From a virus (lineage: Duplodnaviria > Caudoviricetes), in the IMG/VR virus record IMGVR_UViG_3300044724_003533, positions 1 to 60,679 of that record: a stretch of 60,679 nt of DNA. One strand, 5' to 3'. Position numbers and translations under genes: made by a program. The notes under the pieces are model-generated. The model had not been told where the DNA came from, did not search any database, and was given only the letters and a program-made list of their open reading frames with translations. Shown piece after piece: positions 20,092 through 29,085 of the stretch (position 1 is its first letter; every line of letters begins with the position of its first letter).

Positions 20092-21534
20092 TTAGATTCC
20101 TTTGAATAGTACAAAGTTGTTAGCAGCTTGAGTTACTAAACATCTTTCAGATAGGAAGTTGACTTCCATAGCGTCAAGAGTTGAAGTAAATGCACCACCA
20201 GCAGAACCAGTCAACCATGACTTCATACGACGATCATCAGCTTGTGAAGCTCTGTATCGTACGTGTAAGAATGGACGACGAATATTAGTTCCTAAAATTT
20301 GATCGTATACTGTAGAAGTTCCAGCAGGTATTAATACACCTTCGATAGAAGCAATCCCATCAATAGCGCCACGAGTTGAAGCATCGTTTAAGTATTTCCA
20401 ATCAGTTTTGTAGAAATCGTAAGATCCTCTACGGAAACCGCTGAACCCTAAGTTCAATGCCATTTCTTCAGAGTTTTCAAACAATCCATAAGCAGTACCA
20501 CCGTCAGCACCCGAAGATAAGCTAGCGAGCATGTCATCAAAGTCAAGAGCAGTTTGTCTCTTTAAGAATAACATGTTTTCTTCAATAGCTCCTTGAGTGT
20601 CTAGGTTTTTCAAGATATCATCAAAAGCATCAAGACCAGCAGCAGCAGTAAACCCAACGTTTACGTTACCACGACCTTCGATAGCAGCGAATAAACCTTC
20701 AGTACCTTTTCCTTCATTAGCAGTAATACCTGATGTACCTCCAACTTTTTCACCTTCTATCATTGACATTTCTAAGTAATCTTCAAAACGTAATCTTGTT
20801 TCAGATTCAGCTTTTAAGTACCATAGATATCCAGATGTTCCATCTTCAGTTGCAACTTCTACCCATCCAATTTGTGCCATATCAGATCCAGATACTACAT
20901 ACTGGCTTTTAAGGATAATTGGTGAGTTAGAGTATTGTGTAAACTGAGGATCAACACTTACGTACTGAGTTCCAGTGTTTGCGCCACTAGGAGTTGCAGC
21001 ATCAATTTTACCACCTTTTACATATTCAGAACCGTATACAAAAACTTTTAGTCCTGAAGCAGTAAAGCCTGTAAGATCAAGCGAGTTGTAAGGTTTTACA
21101 GTTAAAACACCAGTTCCAATGTTAGAATCTGTAACTAAACACTTAGCTTCAAGTCCAGTAGCTGGATCTAAAACAACAATAGTAGCTCTTGGAGAGATAA
21201 CATTTTGAATAGTTCCACCATTTACTTGAAGATCAATAGTAGTAACAGAAGGAAGAGTACACCCTTCGTAAGAAATATGTAGTCTATTTTGCTCAGACCA
21301 AATAACTTGATCAGATGTCATTGGCATTTCAGCGCCAACCATTCTTAAGAATCCAGATAACGTACGGTTTCCGTAACGCTCTACTTCAGCTTCATATATT
21401 TCTGGTAAATACTGCTGTGCAAAAGTATCAGTGTCGCCAACTGCAGCACCATCGTTAAACTTTAGGTAGTTTGAGTTCAAAAGTTCTTGCTTTTGACTTG
21501 GAATCAAACTTCCAAATTGAGGAGTTAAACTCAT
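20092..21534 (-). CDS. Major capsid protein (HK97 fold)
   Basis: 480 aa; follows portal and scaffold; YGNRTLSGFL, WSEQNRL and C-terminal FLSERCL motifs; followed by a strong terminator. Confidence 0.8.
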   Translation of the reverse strand: MSLTPQFGSLIPSQKQELLNSNYLKFNDGAAVGDTDTFAQQYLPEIYEAEVERYGNRTLSGFLRMVGAEMPMTSDQVIWSEQNRLHISYEGCTLPSVTTIDLQVNGGTIQNVISPRATIVVLDPATGLEAKCLVTDSNIGTGVLTVKPYNSLDLTGFTASGLKVFVYGSEYVKGGKIDAATPSGANTGTQYVSVDPQFTQYSNSPIILKSQYVVSGSDMAQIGWVEVATEDGTSGYLWYLKAESETRLRFEDYLEMSMIEGEKVGGTSGITANEGKGTEGLFAAIEGRGNVNVGFTAAAGLDAFDDILKNLDTQGAIEENMLFLKRQTALDFDDMLASLSSGADGGTAYGLFENSEEMALNLGFSGFRRGSYDFYKTDWKYLNDASTRGAIDGIASIEGVLIPAGTSTVYDQILGTNIRRPFLHVRYRASQADDRRMKSWLTGSAGGAFTSTLDAMEVNFLSERCLVTQAANNFVLFKGI

Positions 21535-21548
21535 AATAAATAATTTTT

Positions 21549-22745
21549 TTAGTTAAATTTTTTAGTTTTTATTTTTAGTTTTGTAGAATCAGCACCGCTA
21601 ATTGCTCTAACTTTAAAGCCATTTAAAAACACGTCACCACTATTAGATGGTCTAGCTTTTGCATCACTTAAATTTTTAGAACTATCAACAACATTTTTAA
21701 CAGCATCAGCTTTGCCTTGCTCGTAAAAATGCGCTGCTATTTTATCTACGTTTTCAGCAGCATACATAGCCTTGTGATAACCTTTATAATCACTAACAGA
21801 TCCGTTTTTATCTAGGAACTTCCCGATTAGATTGTTAATGTTTGATTGTCTATCGGCAACAGACTCTGTGTTTTGAATTTTATACCTATATTTATTTTCA
21901 CCAACGTTAATATCGAAACCTTCGAAATCTTCAGTAAAAAGTTTTTTAGTATTGTTTTTAAACTCTTCGTGCTGTTGCTTAGTAGCTTCTTGCTGCTTAT
22001 TATATCGATTGAAAAAGTCCATAGCTTTTTGAGTGTCAGGATTCACGTTTGATTTCAACTTGATATCAGCGTAATATTTCTCCTTAGTTTCTTCTAAAAA
22101 GTTTTTGGCTTTTGCAACTTCTTCTTTAAATGCAAGTTTTTTCTTGCGTATATCTCTATCTTCGTCTAAATCTTCATCATACTGAAAATCTTCTAATAAC
22201 AAATCAATATCTGAATTATCAAGATATGGTTTTTCTTTTCTATAATACTCTTTTAATAATGTGTTATCATCTACGCTGGAGTAATCAGCGTTAAGTCTTA
22301 CATAATCTTCTACAGATCCACCAGTATCTTCCATGAAGCTAACCAGTTTTTCTATATTTTCAGGTAACTGCTTACCTAGTACTTTTTCATCTCTTACAGC
22401 CTCTTTAAGCTCTTGCTTAACCTCTGAAGCTTCTTCAATTATTTCTATTGCTTCTTCGGCGGTCCGTACTTCTTCAACCACTGCTTCGCTGTTGCCACTG
22501 TCTTTGGGTTTTTCGACAATAACATTGCTATCATTTGTCTCTTGTGCTTGAACGGCATTTTCTTCTTGTTGTTTTGGAATTACTACTTTTTTAACCTCAG
22601 GCTCTAATTCTACTAGAGGTTCTTTTGGATTTACATTTACTTTAATAACCTCCTGCTTAGTTTCTGTTAGTTTTCTTGGCGTTTTCTTTTTTAATTTAAA
22701 ATCACCTTCCTGCTTAACAGGTTCATTTGTTTTTACTTCTGACAT
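21549..22745 (-). CDS. Putative scaffolding protein
   Basis: Highly charged acidic coiled-coil protein between portal and capsid; HFYEQGKADA motif. Confidence 0.6.
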   Translation of the reverse strand: MSEVKTNEPVKQEGDFKLKKKTPRKLTETKQEVIKVNVNPKEPLVELEPEVKKVVIPKQQEENAVQAQETNDSNVIVEKPKDSGNSEAVVEEVRTAEEAIEIIEEASEVKQELKEAVRDEKVLGKQLPENIEKLVSFMEDTGGSVEDYVRLNADYSSVDDNTLLKEYYRKEKPYLDNSDIDLLLEDFQYDEDLDEDRDIRKKKLAFKEEVAKAKNFLEETKEKYYADIKLKSNVNPDTQKAMDFFNRYNKQQEATKQQHEEFKNNTKKLFTEDFEGFDINVGENKYRYKIQNTESVADRQSNINNLIGKFLDKNGSVSDYKGYHKAMYAAENVDKIAAHFYEQGKADAVKNVVDSSKNLSDAKARPSNSGDVFLNGFKVRAISGADSTKLKIKTKKFN

Positions 22746-22777
22746 AATATAATATAATTTAAAAAAATGTTATAGCA

Positions 22778-25165
22778 TTACATAAATGCTCCTAAACCTT
22801 GATCTGGTTCGTTTTCAAAGTCTATTGGTAAGCCATCGTTTTTTCTTTGACTTATCATTTCACTTTGTTGTGTCGCTTGAATTTTTGTTCTTTTATCTTT
22901 GCGATCTTCTATAAATTGCTCTTTATTTTTATCTATTTGAATATCCATTTGTTTTAGCTGCATATCATACTGAAACTGTCTTTCCATTTCAGCTTGCTTT
23001 ATTTGAGCAGCTTGCTGCATTTTCTGCAATTCCATTTCTTGCTTAGCTTTTTCAATATCAACCTTGGTTGACGCTACAGCCTCTTGTTTTTGAACTTCTG
23101 CCATAGCTGTTCTTTCAGCTGTTTGAGCTTGAGCATCTGCTTGAGCTGCAATATTAGCTTGTTGATTAGCTTGATCTTTTTCCATTTTAACCTTACGCTT
23201 AATTTTAAGCATTTGATTAGCTAGTTTAAGATTTTTAATTTGACGTATATCAATAGCGTCTTCAAGATCAATACCACCTGATTGTAAAGCAACTTGTATG
23301 TTTTGCTCTAATTGAGCTTTTTCTTCTTCGTCTGGTTCTAACTCTAAGAAAATACCAAAATCATGTAAATTTAAATCTACAATCTCATCTAGTGATTTTA
23401 TATTGTAATTAGATATAGAGTTTTGCAACGATGCTCTTGTTAATGGAAATCTCAAAGCATCAGCTATTTTAAGAGAAACGTTCTCTGCTAGTTTAAGAGT
23501 TAAATACAAACTAGACTGAACAATATGTCTAGTAGCTACATTAGATGCGTTAGCGGCTAGTTTCTGCAGTCCTACAAGAGTAGATTTATCAGGCGTACTA
23601 CCATCTCTAGCTTCATTAAGCCCGGTCACGTCACGTATCATCTGTAAGTAATATTGATACGTTTGTATTAAACTTTGTATTTTACCGTAACCATTAGAGC
23701 TACTAAGTTCTTGAATAGGTACTTTACCAGCATTCATATCACCGTCTTGTGTTAATGATCTACCAACAATAGAACCAGTTTGAAAATACATATTTAATGC
23801 TTCAGCTGGATTATAGTTTGTGCCATTACCAAGATCAACTTCAGCTAAACCGTCCATATCAAGATAAACACCATCCGGCACCATTCTCGATAATACTTGC
23901 TGTAATTTTAAATGGGTTATTTGTATCATATCAGCAAAACCAATACATTTACTAACAACAGACTCTATTCTACCTTTGTACATTCTAGGCGCACAAATAG
24001 CATAATTCATAGCAACTCTAGTTGTGTCAGCGTAAGGTCTCGACATATTCTCTGCTAACTCCCATTTTAAAAGTGTATCAGTACCTAACACTGAAGCTCC
24101 GTTGTATAAAACTTCTATAGTTCTTGAAACTCTTTCAAACACATCACTTTCTGGTGGATTAAAAGTATCTGGCTTTTCAATAGCCTTCATTAATCCTTGA
24201 TCTGTCTGTTTTATTTTAAACACTTGATTGTGGTATGTCTTATAATCAAAGTATAAAACTTGAACTGTGTTTTCGTCATAATTACCCCAACCGTTTATAT
24301 ACTGTCTATTGCCAGGCATATTTTGAATACGTTCTAGCTCTTTTTCAGATATATTAGGAAATTCTTTTTTAAGCTCTGGTATTGTTATTGACTTTATTTC
24401 ACCTACATAGTATACATCTTCAAAGTTTGGGTCTTCTGTATAAGAATAAACCATATAAGCTGGATCAACGTAATCAACTTTAACGCCTTCAGATATATTA
24501 AAACTAGTTTTAGCCGCAGCAATACCTAATACAGTTAAATCCATATTAAGTCTACGTCTTACTAAGTCATATTTGTTTTGTGCAAAAACAGTAGATATAC
24601 TTTCTTCTTCTGCAATCTCTATAGACTGCTTATAACTTAATTGCATTTTAAGTTCTAACTCTTCTTTGGATTCCGGAACGCTTCCAGGGTCTGATGATTG
24701 GTGAAGATCTATGCCTAGTGTCTGGTTAACACTTTGTATATATTCTTTAGCCACCATGTCTTCATACAGTTTAGCAGCATAATCAGTTCTTTTCTTTACT
24801 GACTGAGGATCTTGAGCATATGCTTTTATGTCATAGCTTTTCTTAGATATACCATTAACTACAATATCTACAAATTTAGATAAAATAGGTACTGGCTTCC
24901 AGTCTAAGTTAAGATAAGACAAATCACCGTTAATAGATAATTCATCTTTATATTTTTGTATTGATTGCTCACCTCGAGCGTAAAGTCTTAAATTATGAAA
25001 GTTATTCCAGTTAGTTAAATATCTATTACCATTAGTTCTACCTTGTCTAAACCACTCATACTCTATAGCTTGAGCAACCTGCTTTCCATATTCAAATGTG
25101 TCTTTTTCTTCGTTACTTACAACTTGACTAGGAAAAGAGCTGTTATTATTAGTATAAACGTTCAT
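22778..25165 (-). CDS. Portal protein
   Basis: 795 aa directly after TerL; PILSKFVDIVVNG, VTGLNEARDG and a Gln-rich C-terminal barrel. Confidence 0.85.
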   Translation of the reverse strand: MNVYTNNNSSFPSQVVSNEEKDTFEYGKQVAQAIEYEWFRQGRTNGNRYLTNWNNFHNLRLYARGEQSIQKYKDELSINGDLSYLNLDWKPVPILSKFVDIVVNGISKKSYDIKAYAQDPQSVKKRTDYAAKLYEDMVAKEYIQSVNQTLGIDLHQSSDPGSVPESKEELELKMQLSYKQSIEIAEEESISTVFAQNKYDLVRRRLNMDLTVLGIAAAKTSFNISEGVKVDYVDPAYMVYSYTEDPNFEDVYYVGEIKSITIPELKKEFPNISEKELERIQNMPGNRQYINGWGNYDENTVQVLYFDYKTYHNQVFKIKQTDQGLMKAIEKPDTFNPPESDVFERVSRTIEVLYNGASVLGTDTLLKWELAENMSRPYADTTRVAMNYAICAPRMYKGRIESVVSKCIGFADMIQITHLKLQQVLSRMVPDGVYLDMDGLAEVDLGNGTNYNPAEALNMYFQTGSIVGRSLTQDGDMNAGKVPIQELSSSNGYGKIQSLIQTYQYYLQMIRDVTGLNEARDGSTPDKSTLVGLQKLAANASNVATRHIVQSSLYLTLKLAENVSLKIADALRFPLTRASLQNSISNYNIKSLDEIVDLNLHDFGIFLELEPDEEEKAQLEQNIQVALQSGGIDLEDAIDIRQIKNLKLANQMLKIKRKVKMEKDQANQQANIAAQADAQAQTAERTAMAEVQKQEAVASTKVDIEKAKQEMELQKMQQAAQIKQAEMERQFQYDMQLKQMDIQIDKNKEQFIEDRKDKRTKIQATQQSEMISQRKNDGLPIDFENEPDQGLGAFM

Positions 25166-27376
25166 TTAACTTATTATTTTTGATGTATAACCTCTGTTAT
25201 CGTATCTTTTGATACCTATATCAACCGGTTCTGTTTTTCTTCTATTTACTGGCGAATACCTATGTTTATTACAAGCCATTAAAGCTAATCCCGAGCTAAT
25301 AGATGCATCGTGAGAAGTTCTATTGTTTATATTAAATTTAGCCCAGTCTTCTAATGTTCTTTGAAAATACATATCACCATAACCTGTTTCTTTTAAACCA
25401 ACAAATGTTTCGATGTATGACTCTATAGCTGCAGCGTGAGCTTGTTTTATATCTTCACTTGAGTTTGGTATTCCACCTATTTCTCTTTCTGTTACTGATA
25501 GCTTATTTCTAGTTCTATCTGGCCTGTTCATTGCAAAACCTCTATAACCTCTTTTTTTAAAGTAATATAAAAGTCTTGGTTTATTATTTTCAGCAAGTAT
25601 TGGCATACCATAAAAAGCGCAAGCCATTAAAACATCTTCAAAGAATATTTCAGCAGTTTGTGGTCTTGCTATATATTCTAAAAAGAAATGGTTTGGTGGT
25701 GCGTCTTCCATTGAAAACTTTGTTAAACCATGTAAAGATCCGTTAGAACCTCTCTTGTCTACAGTTCCTGATATGTCATATGGATCACACCCAAACGCTC
25801 CAATATGCTCGTTTCCAGGATAAAACCTACCGTTTTTAGAATATTTTTTATTTTGCAAGTGTAATGGCGGCACCCAAGATATTAAAAACCTACCGTTTTT
25901 ATTTGGATTAAATATAACCCTTGTGTCTTGCTGACCGTTCTCCCATTGAAAACTACCTTTTGTAACATTTGTAGAGTTACGCATGTCTTCATTAAAATCT
26001 ATTTGCTCGTATATCTTAGTTAGATTAAACAAAGATTGTTTTGTCTCATCTCTAAAAGCATGCTTCTCTGTGCGAGGAAACTGTCTGTAAAATTCATTAA
26101 GACCGTCTTGATCTTGCTTTAATCCTTCTACTTCGTTCTCCCAGTATTCTATTACACCTATTTTTATCTTTTCACCTTGAGGTCCTTCAACCGGTTTATT
26201 TGGTGTGTCGAATACAGGTAACCCATAAGCGTCAATGTATCCTTCGTAGTTCCATTCCATAGGTATGAACAAAGAATATAATCCGCTGCGAGTCTGTCCG
26301 TTGGCGTTTCTTTGAGTAACATCTGAGTCGTCATAAAGTTTTTTAAAGTTTTTACCTCCTTTATCGTGAGCGTTTGATGTACTTCCCATCATGCATCTAC
26401 CAATAATTCTACTACCTAATCTTAAACAAGTTTTTGTAACTCGCCAGTTATTTAATATATTATTAGGTCTCTCCCACTTTCCACTTTCATCGTGTACCAG
26501 TAGCTTTAATTTCTCCCCATCGTACGAGTTGTCCCCTGTGTTCTTCCAGTCGATCGTTGTGTCGAGCCCGTCAAGTTCTTGAAGCTTTTCGTTGGTTTCA
26601 AGCTTACGCCTGGTGTATTTAGTGGCTGGTACTCTATAAGCAAGTTCGGTCTTTGGTCTGTCCATACCGTCCTGGATCGGTTTGAAAAAGAACGGGTAGT
26701 TGACTGATATCGGTACGACTTTATCTGTGAACATTTTCTTAGCATCTGGGCCAGACTTAGACAAGATACCGTACCGTGCATCTGACGTAATTGTCGCCAC
26801 GTTAACGGTTTCTGCCGAAGACATAAACGAAAATCCTGACCGACGGTTTTTAAGATAGCACATTCCGTAAGATCGTGGATCGGCTTTGCAAGCCTCCCAG
26901 AATATAAAGAATAATCTGTTTGATTCCCTAAAGTCTGGTTGCCCAACGTCAATTTTGCTCCACTGCAAGTACATATAATGAGAACCAGTAATGTAAGTAG
27001 CCACGCTCTTATTATAGAACCAAAACCCTTGTTCTCTTTTATTAAATTCACTATCGATGTAATCATACCATTTTTCCTTAAAGTCTACTGGGTATTCCTC
27101 CCAATCGAACACAGACTTTATTTTTTTAAGTTCTTTAGGGTATTCTGTATATTTCCACTTATTACCTTCAAATTTTTTTACATTATTAGCTTTAGGTAAA
27201 GCTATTTTAAGGTTTTGTATTTCGTATATCTCACCTATTTCACCAGTCTTGCTAATGACAACAATATCATAATCTTCATTATAACCATACTCCCACTTTT
27301 TAGCTTTATTCATTTTAGCTATAGTATGTGGTTTTATATAGTCATCTACTACTTTATATAACGTTTGCTCGTACAT
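25166..27376 (-). CDS. terL: Terminase large subunit
   Basis: Walker A variant KNRRSGFS, Walker B LLVHDESGKW, MGST coupling motif, nuclease motifs GCDPYD, AENN and HDASIS. Confidence 0.92.
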   Translation of the reverse strand: MYEQTLYKVVDDYIKPHTIAKMNKAKKWEYGYNEDYDIVVISKTGEIGEIYEIQNLKIALPKANNVKKFEGNKWKYTEYPKELKKIKSVFDWEEYPVDFKEKWYDYIDSEFNKREQGFWFYNKSVATYITGSHYMYLQWSKIDVGQPDFRESNRLFFIFWEACKADPRSYGMCYLKNRRSGFSFMSSAETVNVATITSDARYGILSKSGPDAKKMFTDKVVPISVNYPFFFKPIQDGMDRPKTELAYRVPATKYTRRKLETNEKLQELDGLDTTIDWKNTGDNSYDGEKLKLLVHDESGKWERPNNILNNWRVTKTCLRLGSRIIGRCMMGSTSNAHDKGGKNFKKLYDDSDVTQRNANGQTRSGLYSLFIPMEWNYEGYIDAYGLPVFDTPNKPVEGPQGEKIKIGVIEYWENEVEGLKQDQDGLNEFYRQFPRTEKHAFRDETKQSLFNLTKIYEQIDFNEDMRNSTNVTKGSFQWENGQQDTRVIFNPNKNGRFLISWVPPLHLQNKKYSKNGRFYPGNEHIGAFGCDPYDISGTVDKRGSNGSLHGLTKFSMEDAPPNHFFLEYIARPQTAEIFFEDVLMACAFYGMPILAENNKPRLLYYFKKRGYRGFAMNRPDRTRNKLSVTEREIGGIPNSSEDIKQAHAAAIESYIETFVGLKETGYGDMYFQRTLEDWAKFNINNRTSHDASISSGLALMACNKHRYSPVNRRKTEPVDIGIKRYDNRGYTSKIIS

Positions 27377-27651
27377 TACTTAGACCTCCCTTCAGCAAAA
27401 CCTCTAAAAGTTTTTTCTTTCTTAACTTCTTTAGGTTTATCTTCTAAAAGCTCTTGCTCGTTCTCTATTCTAGTTAATATTTCAAAAGCATCGAATATAG
27501 CGAGTTTTTTTGTAGCTGCAGCATTTTTAAGTCTGTCTGCTGAAATATCATCATCTGAATCTACAATCGGTTCCTTAGCTACTTTAATTAGCTCTTCAAC
27601 CGCTTTGCGCCCAGCTTGGATTATATTCTTCTTCGTTTCCTTGGTATTCAT
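27376..27651 (-). CDS. Putative terminase small subunit
   Basis: Short helical protein translationally coupled upstream of terL. Confidence 0.45.
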   Translation of the reverse strand: MNTKETKKNIIQAGRKAVEELIKVAKEPIVDSDDDISADRLKNAAATKKLAIFDAFEILTRIENEQELLEDKPKEVKKEKTFRGFAEGRSK

Positions 27652-28201
27652 ACTTAATTACAATATCATTAGATTTCATACAATAAAGCCTTTTACCGTC
27701 AACTAAAAACTCCCATTCACCGTCTGGCGTGTAACCTACAAGATCACCTGGGTTAATTCCTAGTGCTTCTAAGGACTTATTACCATATTTTAATACACCA
27801 ATAAGGCTACGCTCTTTATCAAGCGCTATATGGTCATTACTTTTTATAGGTGTTATGAAGCATCTGTCACCTACCGTGTTCCAGCCTTTTTTGTTTTTAT
27901 ATAAATATACTTGCTCTATAGAGCATAAGTGTAAATCATTATTTAAAAAAGATCTACTTTTCTTTTTTCTACCTTTCATGTCGTAGAAAGTTCTAAATAC
28001 ATTTTGATGTATAATAACTTTATCACCTACATTTATGCCTGATTTAAAAGCTAGAGGCAATTGAACAACCTCGGCTAATCTGTTAACAAACTTCCAGTTT
28101 TCAATTTTAGTATTTACTACTAAATCTTTATCGCCAACTTTTATAGTATTGCTGTACTTTTCACCAACAGGCTTTACAATAAAATCATATAAACTATTCA
28201 T
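27596..28201 (-). CDS. Tandem GroES-like (co-chaperonin fold) protein
   Basis: Two GroES-like segments: AEVVQLP..INVGDKVII and GVLKYG..INPGDLVGY...DGKRLYCMKSNDIV. Confidence 0.55.
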   Translation of the reverse strand: MNSLYDFIVKPVGEKYSNTIKVGDKDLVVNTKIENWKFVNRLAEVVQLPLAFKSGINVGDKVIIHQNVFRTFYDMKGRKKKSRSFLNNDLHLCSIEQVYLYKNKKGWNTVGDRCFITPIKSNDHIALDKERSLIGVLKYGNKSLEALGINPGDLVGYTPDGEWEFLVDGKRLYCMKSNDIVIKYEYQGNEEEYNPSWAQSG

Positions 28202-28428
28202 TAGTACTCTAAATCATACTCAACGGATATAGCCATGTTAGAATTAAACTTCTTCCATGGCAACACCTCGTTGTTTTTCTTTATATGAATATTATAAGAA
28301 CCGTCAGCTTCGTCAAACAATATGTACGCTATCTCGTGACCACCGTATACTTGTTGGCCAACAGAATAATGCATAGCTTCATTCTTGTAATCAGATCCAA
28401 TACTTATTTTTCTTATAACTGAACTCAT
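28201..28428 (-). CDS. Conserved hypothetical protein
   Basis: IRKISIGSDYKNEAMHY motif; coupled ORF. Confidence 0.6.
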   Translation of the reverse strand: MSSVIRKISIGSDYKNEAMHYSVGQQVYGGHEIAYILFDEADGSYNIHIKKNNEVLPWKKFNSNMAISVEYDLEY

Positions 28429-28430
28429 CT

Positions 28431-28679
28431 TTATACTACTTCAAGTTTTTCTTCTTCATCTATAATAGTATACTCGCCAGTTTTTAAGTCAATAGATATT
28501 TTACCGTATTCTTTTTCTAGCTCTTGCTTCTGTTTTTCTAAGTCTTCATTAACATCAGCGACTTTGTGTAGTAAAGCATGCTTTTGTGTTTCCAAAGAAC
28601 CTATGTTATTTAAAATAGAAGATAGCTCTTGTTGGTTTTTTACAATTTGTTCTAATTGTTTTTCTGTAATTTTTGCCAT
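28431..28679 (-). CDS. Small coiled-coil (prefoldin-like) hypothetical protein
   Basis: Heptad-rich 82 aa ending YGKISIDLKTGEY. Confidence 0.55.
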   Translation of the reverse strand: MAKITEKQLEQIVKNQQELSSILNNIGSLETQKHALLHKVADVNEDLEKQKQELEKEYGKISIDLKTGEYTIIDEEEKLEVV

Positions 28680-28708
28680 TTGATTTAATTTAATTGATTT
28701 ATTTTAAT

Positions 28709-28737
28709 ATAGTTACACTATTTATTCAGAAATTACT
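28709..28737 (-). promoter_or_regulatory. Class II promoter-like motif
   Basis: AGTAA-N15-TGTAACTAT upstream of the 28679 to terL/portal operon. Confidence 0.55.
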
Positions 28738-29084
28738 TCTTCTTCTGGTGGTTTTGGAACTTCTGAGTTTCTAGGCCAACCAAAAAAAGAATGTGCTGCG
28801 TTATTACCTGGATACACTTCGTTATCTCCAAAATCGATCCAATCTGTGCTCATAATATCATAAGCCCAACCATCATAATATACCGGCGGTGTTATTACTT
28901 CGCCATCAGGCCCGTAAATTCCAGGGATTTTTACAATTTTACCAATATTAACAACACCTCTAGTCCCATTTGTATATGCCATTTGCGTTACACCTTCTTC
29001 AGTAACTTCTTTCCAAACGCCTTTAGCTACTAAAGCTTGTTTACCTTCTTCTTCCGTAAAGAAATTTGTTTTGTAAATGTACAT
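28722..29084 (-). CDS. Fibre-associated hypothetical protein
   Basis: Directly follows the fibre gene; TPPVYYDGWAYD...HSFFG pattern. Confidence 0.55.
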   Translation of the reverse strand: MYIYKTNFFTEEEGKQALVAKGVWKEVTEEGVTQMAYTNGTRGVVNIGKIVKIPGIYGPDGEVITPPVYYDGWAYDIMSTDWIDFGDNEVYPGNNAAHSFFGWPRNSEVPKPPEEEVISE

Positions 29085-29085
29085 T

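Noticed and set aside
26506-27066. 186-aa alternative-frame ORF inside terL
   Set aside because: It overlaps the conserved ATPase region, has no recognisable motif and is likely a by-product of locally higher GC.
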